DNA of 64,000 bases from Acidimicrobiales bacterium. GTDB taxonomy: Bacteria; Actinomycetota; Acidimicrobiia; Acidimicrobiales; GCA-2861595. The stretch is from contig DATLOM010000021.1 of assembly GCA_035536185.1 (NCBI GenBank), forward strand, positions 41,731 through 105,730, read 5' to 3'. A program made the translations under genes and the position numbers. The notes under the pieces were generated by a model. The model saw only the letters and a list, made by a program, of their open reading frames with translations, searched no databases and was not told where the DNA came from. Within the stretch, counting starts at the first letter, position 1, and every line of letters begins with the position of its first letter. Positions 62,617-64,000 of the stretch are shown piece by piece.

Positions 62617-62620
62617 GCCC

Positions 62621-63466
62621 ATGGAATGGGTCGAGACGACTGGCCGCACCCTCGAAGAGGCACAGGATGCAGCCCTGGATCAGCTCGGGGTGGACGAGCT
62701 CGATGCCGAGTTCGAGGTGCTCGAGGAGCCGAAGCTGGGCCTGTTCGGACGAGTCAGATCGGAGGCCCGGGTCAGGGCCCGGATCCGGCCGAACAGCCCA
62801 CCGGCCAAGGACGACCGCCGTCAGCGGCGGCGCCGGCCGGGTGGAGCAGACTCAGGACCTGCGGATTCAGGCGAGACGGCCCCGGCCGCGACGCCCGCTC
62901 GGGCGGCCACCAGGCCGGCACGGCGGCCGAAGACCGAACAACCCCCCAGGGTGGCCCAAGGGTCATCGGGCCGACGAGGAGGACAGATGGAAAACGACGT
63001 GTCACTGACGCAGCAGGCAGAGGCCGCGGCGAACTTCCTCAGCGGTCTCGTCGACGCCGTCGGCGGCGGTACCGGGACCGTCGAGATCCACGAGATCGAC
63101 GAGAACACGGTCGAGGTGGCGGTGGTAGGCGACCAGCTCGGCCTGCTGATCGGGCCGAACGGAGCCACACTGGCCGCCGTCCAGGATCTGACCCGCACCG
63201 CGGTTCAGCGCAGCACGGGCAGCCGCAATGGCCGCATCATGGTGGATGTCGGTGGCTACCGCGAGAAGCGACGTTCGGCCCTGGAGCGCTTCACCCGCCA
63301 GATCGCCACCCAGGTGGTCGAGACGGGGCAGCGCAAGATCCTCGAGCCGATGCAGGCCGCGGATCGCAAGGTGGTCCACGACACGGTCAACTCGATCGAA
63401 GGTGTGGCGACGGTATCGGAGGGTGAGGAGCCCCGCCGGCGCGTCGTCATCGAACCAGCCCGGTAA
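62621..63466 (+). CDS. jag: Jag/KhpB-type RNA-binding protein (Jag_N + KH + R3H)
   Basis: 281 aa. N-terminus MEWVETTGRTLEEAQDAALDQLGV, KH-like LIGPNGATLAAVQDL, R3H-type ADRKVVHDTV...SEGEEPRRRVVIEP. Confidence 0.9.
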   Translation: MEWVETTGRTLEEAQDAALDQLGVDELDAEFEVLEEPKLGLFGRVRSEARVRARIRPNSPPAKDDRRQRRRRPGGADSGPADSGETAPAATPARAATRPARRPKTEQPPRVAQGSSGRRGGQMENDVSLTQQAEAAANFLSGLVDAVGGGTGTVEIHEIDENTVEVAVVGDQLGLLIGPNGATLAAVQDLTRTAVQRSTGSRNGRIMVDVGGYREKRRSALERFTRQIATQVVETGQRKILEPMQAADRKVVHDTVNSIEGVATVSEGEEPRRRVVIEPAR

Positions 63467-63478
63467 CAACCCCCCACC

Positions 63479-64000
63479 GTGGCCGCCGACCTCCAGGCTG
63501 TGCTCGAGGAGGCCCGGGAGCTCGGTTTCCTGGGCCCTGGCCCGGTGGATGGCCATATCGAACACGCCAAGGGATTTCTCCAGGCCGTGGGTGCGGAGCT
63601 GCCCAGACGGGTGATCGACCTGGGCAGCGGGGCCGGGCTACCCGGCCTGGTGCTGGCCATGGCCTGGCCGCGCATACCCGTCGTCCTGCTCGACAGCAGT
63701 GAACGACGGACGTTGTTCCTGGCCCGAGCGGCGGACGAGCTAGGGATCTCGACGCACGTGGTGGTGGCGCGGGCCCGAGCCGAGGAGGCTGGACGAGATC
63801 CCGACTGGCGGGCGAGAGCTGATCTGGTGGTGGCCCGTAGCTTCGGGCCGCCTGCGGTGACAGCCGAGTGCGCCGCTCCGCTCTTGGAGGTAGGGGGACG
63901 GCTCATCGTCTCGGAGCCACCGGAGGAAGGCGGGTCGCGCTGGCCGGAGGAAGGTTTGGCGCCGCTGGGCCTGCGTCCGACCGGCCGCTTCGAACAGGCC
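63479..64000 (+). CDS. rsmG: 16S rRNA (guanine527-N7)-methyltransferase RsmG (3' end outside window)
   Basis: Frame open from GTG 63479 to the window end and so not in the track. LGFLGPGPVDGHIEHAKGF, SAM motif VIDLGSGAGLPGLVLA, ADLVVARSFGPPAV. Position after jag. Confidence 0.88.
   Translation, partial: MAADLQAVLEEARELGFLGPGPVDGHIEHAKGFLQAVGAELPRRVIDLGSGAGLPGLVLAMAWPRIPVVLLDSSERRTLFLARAADELGISTHVVVARARAEEAGRDPDWRARADLVVARSFGPPAVTAECAAPLLEVGGRLIVSEPPEEGGSRWPEEGLAPLGLRPTGRFEQA

Overview
High-G+C actinobacterial-type chromosome segment spanning the replication origin. All calls come from reading the sequence and ORF track and from remembered family motifs; no database search or computation was run.

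Conserved backbone:
- Right end: rsmG<-jag<-yidC<-yidD<-rnpA<-rpmH | dnaA->dnaN->recF->DUF721(DciA-like)->gyrB->gyrA->DUF3566 protein->tRNA-Ile.
- Middle: tRNA-Leu, then fhaA-fhaB-pstP-rodA/ftsW-pbpA-pknB, trpG and crgA.
- This is the same order as Mycobacterium tuberculosis Rv0001-Rv0020c.

Accessory blocks, all visibly lower in G+C:
1. About 6 kb on the 3' side of tRNA-Leu. It holds a beta-class DNA methyltransferase, a class II Fic protein plus a truncated Fic copy, an OPRTase-like PRTase, a frameshifted nucleoside-2-deoxyribosyltransferase-like gene and a frameshifted HTH gene surrounded by a GTAGAA/TTCTAC motif array.
2. About 15.6 kb inserted between tRNA-Ala and tRNA-Ile, which are adjacent in M. 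tuberculosis. It holds:
   - a nucleotidyltransferase(frameshifted)-HIT-XRE module;
   - an operon with a stand-alone FtsH/M41-like HEAGH peptidase, a 2-TM protein and a HEAWH protein;
   - a HasA-like polysaccharide synthase operon (dehydrogenase-synthase-deacetylase);
   - a C-protein-controlled type II R-M system (REase, C, m5C MTase) with Vsr and a small WYL-like protein.

The left 10 kb carries the locus I find most unusual. A GAF/HisKA_3 kinase - ABC ATPase - REC/LuxR-like/class III cyclase operon lies divergent from a cNMP-binding protein that is translationally coupled to two FtsX-type permeases.

Other content: GNAT, an internally deleted MGT-type glycosyltransferase pseudogene beside tRNA-Ser, pheA, larB-larC, thiolase, peroxiredoxin, acyl-ACP desaturase, a GAF-GGDEF cyclase and crcB. 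No CRISPR array, rRNA, integrase or transposase was seen.
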